A stretch of 62,303 bases of DNA, filler included, from Sphacelaria rigidula (taxonomy: Eukaryota): NCBI GenBank assembly GCA_964200075.2. It is 8 parts of 8 records of this genome, joined end to end, with 100 filler letters (N's around TTAATTAATTAA, not from the genome) between each part and the next. Parts side by side here need not be neighbours in the genome. Positions count along the whole stretch, not along the records: positions 54,605 to 62,303 come from CAXNAA020013750.1; 7 more parts are not named here. The stretch is one strand, 5' to 3'. The notes beneath the pieces are model-generated. The model was not told the origin of the DNA and did not search any database. It saw only the letters and a list, made by a program, of their open reading frames with translations. The position numbers were made by a program, and so were the translations under genes. This document shows, piece by piece, positions 58,661 through 62,303 of the stretch; position 1 is the first letter of the stretch, and the number at the start of each line of letters is the position of its first letter.

Positions 58661-61177
58661 CAGATTGAACAGCGTACGCATGTACTTCGATGTGGACTGA
58701 GAGCATACCGTGGAAACCATCAACCTACTGCTACGTTGCAGTCCATATTAAACAACCAAAAAATATGGTCAAAACATGAGACCTGCTTATTTTCGGAACA
58801 GATCTTAGAAAAGATTCAAGGCGATATCCAAGCGGTTAAGTGGACGTGCGAAGAAGCGGAGGCCATGTCGGGCGAGCCACCGTGCACCGTCCCAGCTCGA
58901 GCACACAACACTTCAAGAGCGGAGTACATGGAGCATGGAGAGTGGGTACACATCTTTCCATAGCGACCATTTGAGTGTAGTGACATTTTCGGTGTTATAT
59001 GTAGTTGATGCTCCAAAAATTATACTTACACAATCCGTGGCCAGGCTACGATTGTACAGAGAAGGTCTTTACTCCGTGCGCCGTAGCCCAGATTTCCCAT
59101 TCTTCTTTTGAAGAGACCAAAAAGGGCCGCGTTGGGAATGAACAGCTATTCCTTTTTTCAACGCCCGTTTCCTTTCTCGGGGAGCTTGTTCCCTTTTGAG
59201 TTGTTGTTTTTTTGTCGCACTTTAGTTCATTCCTGCGGGGCCGGACGCTACTATACCCGCGTCAGAACATCATTATTGATGCCCAAAATATAAAACAGCA
59301 GTGAAATATGTGAGTACCGCGGCAAAATATATGAAGCCAACTAGGCTGAAGGCGACACGCCGGCCTACCTACCTGCCCATTGGAGGAAAAACACACCATA
59401 CCATTGACCAATAGTTAGGAGCAGGGGGTCGGCTGGTGGGTGGGTGAAAACTGTGCCGTCGAACTTGTTTTTCAGGGGCAGAAAAAACTGTTGGAGGCCA
59501 AAAACAAAGAAGAGGGCGCCGGAAAAAAAAAGTCCGAAAGACTTTTTTGGGGGGCCCAAGAACAACTCAAACAGGAGCCTAGGGAGCAAAGGTCTTGTAG
59601 AAAGGAGCCTAGGGGGCAAAGGTCTTGTAGAAGAGCATGTGTGCTTTACTTGGACAGTGCAGCACAACTTATTTTGTCACGTTCTGTATTTTGCATCGTA
59701 TTTCCGTCATGCACCAAAATTTTCAACGCCAATGCGCAACAGAACGTCGTCGCTCAATCTCGCGAGCACCTTGCGGGTCGGATGTTGGGGAGGATGTTTT
59801 CCCTTGTGCGCCAAGCCAGATTTTTGGATCAGACCGCCATCAGCGTTCAGCTTGAGAAAACCCAACTTTTCATGGGGTAAAATAGAGTGTCTCACGACCA
59901 CTTGTTGCTTTTCTCGTCTCATTTTTACTTCAATTCCCAGCATCTCGTGTGGAGTACAACGCGGACGCTACGAGATTCATCAACGGGCCGACAAATTATT
60001 TGCACACGAGGCTGGTCACGAGGCTGGTGGCAGTGATTGGTCGGCCACCTGAGTGCTAGGCACGATCGATGATCGAGAAAAATGGCGTTTTGGATTCACT
60101 TCTGAGAATTGTGTTGCGTGGTCCATGAAAAAGCCCACTCCGTGTGTTGCAATCAGCTAATGTGAGATAATTACTCAATCAATCAACCAATCAATCAAAC
60201 AATCAATCAATCAATCAATCAATTAATCAAAGACCATTTACCTCGCATCCCTACAGAGCCGGGACGGAGCACGCCGGGGTTTCGCCGGACCAGGCTCGCA
60301 ATCAGAGCTTGCGGCGAAAACCTGTCATCTATGGTACGTAGCAAAGTAGTCCCGTTCGTGACTGAAGTGAGGCAAGAGCTGTCAAGCAGCACCGCCTGGA
60401 ACCTGCAAGTCACCCCGCACTACACCTAACGGTACACACAGCTTGTGGAAATCTATGACGCGCTTGTACACTCCTCAGACACAAAGACTTTCTGCGAATT
60501 TTCAAGGTTGACCGGGTTGTATTTCTCCGACCAAAAGTCCAACAGCGCGCACCAATAATCAAGAGTGTCTTAAAGTCCTCTCACCTGGTAAGGTACTAGT
60601 ACAGTACTGCAGCAAGTCATTCCGGGGTGACCCTGTCATTTCATCATTATCCGCCCGGCCGTCTTTTGACGCGAAAAACGCTATCGAAGGGCCAACATAG
60701 GCACTCCTGAGTGGAAACCTTGTCCGTCCTCGTTCGGAATAGTCTTACGTTTCTTCCTTTCGGTATGGATGTTGAGGTGGTGCAGAATACCCCCATGTTT
60801 CCAATACTCAAGCACGATCGGACGTACCGTGTACAGTAGTGTCAAAAGCGCCCGCCTATTTGTCGTGACGGTGCACTTTTTGCCATCGTCGCTGACAAAA
60901 TGAAGAAAGTGTGACGGGACACAGCGTGCGACTACTTCACGAATACTCACTCAGGTCAGATCGAAATATTGTGTGAAATAAATTCAACATTGAAAAAGTT
61001 GTGGAAGGATATGCAGCCGCTTACATCTCGCCATGGGAACAAGTCTTTCCCACCAAGGCTAAAACATGATTAATTTTCAAGCAGTGCTGAGGTATTGAAA
61101 TACCTCACGCCCATCCCTTCATGTAGGTTACAGTACCTGGGAACATCGACGGGTTTTGAAAGGGACTCCACAAATTC

Positions 61178-61492
61178 GAAATCTTCCGACGGTTGGGTCG
61201 TGGGTTCGAATCTCGGAGCGATCTGGGACTTTTTCTCACACAATCCCCAACAGAGGAGAGCAATCATGTCGTGGGTACACAAAATTCGACGTAATGGTCG
61301 ACGAGGGAAAGGAACTGCCGAATCCCTCCCGCGATAAAAAATGAAGGCGGGCACCACAGAAGAAAGGTGGATTACGAAAACAATCAAGAAAAAAACTCCT
61401 GTGTTGGCCCTCCTCCTGTGTAACCCCGGCTGGTGCGCCCACATATACCGAAAGGTTTAGGCCGGCGTCCAAAATAGATGTGACAGTCAACA
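61178..61492 (+). mobile_element. SINE family A
   Basis: gacggttgggtcgtgggttcgaatctcggagcgatctgg followed by the family body. Confidence 0.8.
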
Positions 61493-62237
61493 CGCAGTCC
61501 ATCGTCATTATCCAGGGTGTATATTGTATTGTCCTTATCCAGGATGCGCAGTGTGCAGGATACTCTGTACCACGGGGCCCCACATCGGGAAATCACGGCA
61601 CCAGGGCCACCCCCCCCCCCCCCAAGCGGTCGAGAATGAAGAAATGACCACATCAACTTGACAAAGACCGTATTCTTCCTGCTTCTATACTAGTGTGTGG
61701 AATTAAACTATCACCTTCATCGCCTAGAGTTCGCCTCGGCGTGAGCAGCCTAAAACCGAAGAGTTTGGGTGTGTCACCTGATCTTGTTGTCATGAGGGAG
61801 CAAATTCACCGGCTGGAAAATGATTTTCGAGTCGCGGTGATCGCTGTACAAAAATAAGGGTCTACCCACCACACCTTTTATCATGACCGATGTTGCGCCA
61901 GTTTTGTGTACAGGCTGGACCAGCTGGCAGTGATTTTTTAATTTATTTTGGCGATGCTGTGAGTAATTTGAAGAGTTAGGCACTGAAATTTCGACACAAC
62001 ATTTGTATTATCACTACGCACAACATTTCGAGAGGTGCATTCGAGAAAAATAAAGAATAAACAGGAAGTTAGAGCGATTTGAAGTTTCTGTAAAAACTAG
62101 AAAAATGCTCCAACACCGTGAAAAAAAAATACGGATGCACCTCGAGAAATGTTGTGCGCAGTGATAATTAACATGTTGGGTCAAAATTTCAGCGCCCAAC
62201 TCTTTGAATTACCCACAGCATCCACTTTTTCGTCTGG

Positions 62238-62303
62238 CACCCAGTGGTCAAACTGGTAAAACCGCCTCTAATTACAGAGGGCACGAGTTCAAATCCCGAC
62301 ACG
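62238..62303 (+). other. tRNA-like Pol III head, cut by the window end (similar head at 53078-53150)
   Basis: tggtcaaactgg (A box) and gagttcaaatccc (B box); no convincing cloverleaf. Confidence 0.45.

Overview
Eukaryotic, intron-rich and repeat-rich nuclear DNA, most consistent with a photosynthetic stramenopile such as a brown alga. This is inferred from long GT-AG introns, a stromal processing peptidase and an ASAFAP-type plastid pre-sequence. The window is not one locus. It is eight contigs of 7702, 7701, 7701, 7700, 7700, 7700, 7700 and 7699 bp, sorted by length and joined by identical 100-bp N44-TTAATTAATTAA-N44 linkers, so adjacency across linkers is uninformative. Exon chains read by hand: a putative plastid-targeted protein (contig 1, minus), an ABCA transporter (contig 2, plus), an M16 stromal processing peptidase (contig 3, minus), a possible tandem dynein-light-chain-domain protein (contig 4, minus), a terminal exon of an unknown gene (contig 6, minus), a diacylglycerol kinase (contig 7, minus) and an R1R2R3-MYB (contig 8, minus). 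The remainder is transposon-derived: a decayed Gypsy element, LINE RT fragments, tRNA-derived SINEs, and hAT-, piggyBac- and pogo-type MITEs. The most striking signal is a pair of related non-LTR retroelement families whose 3' ends read TGAGTAC(A/G) followed by oligo(C), not poly(A). Their target-site duplications include a G/C run at the element's 3' junction, which suggests G-primed reverse transcription on an oligo(C)-tailed RNA. This may also explain the long G/C homopolymers found at many contig ends.
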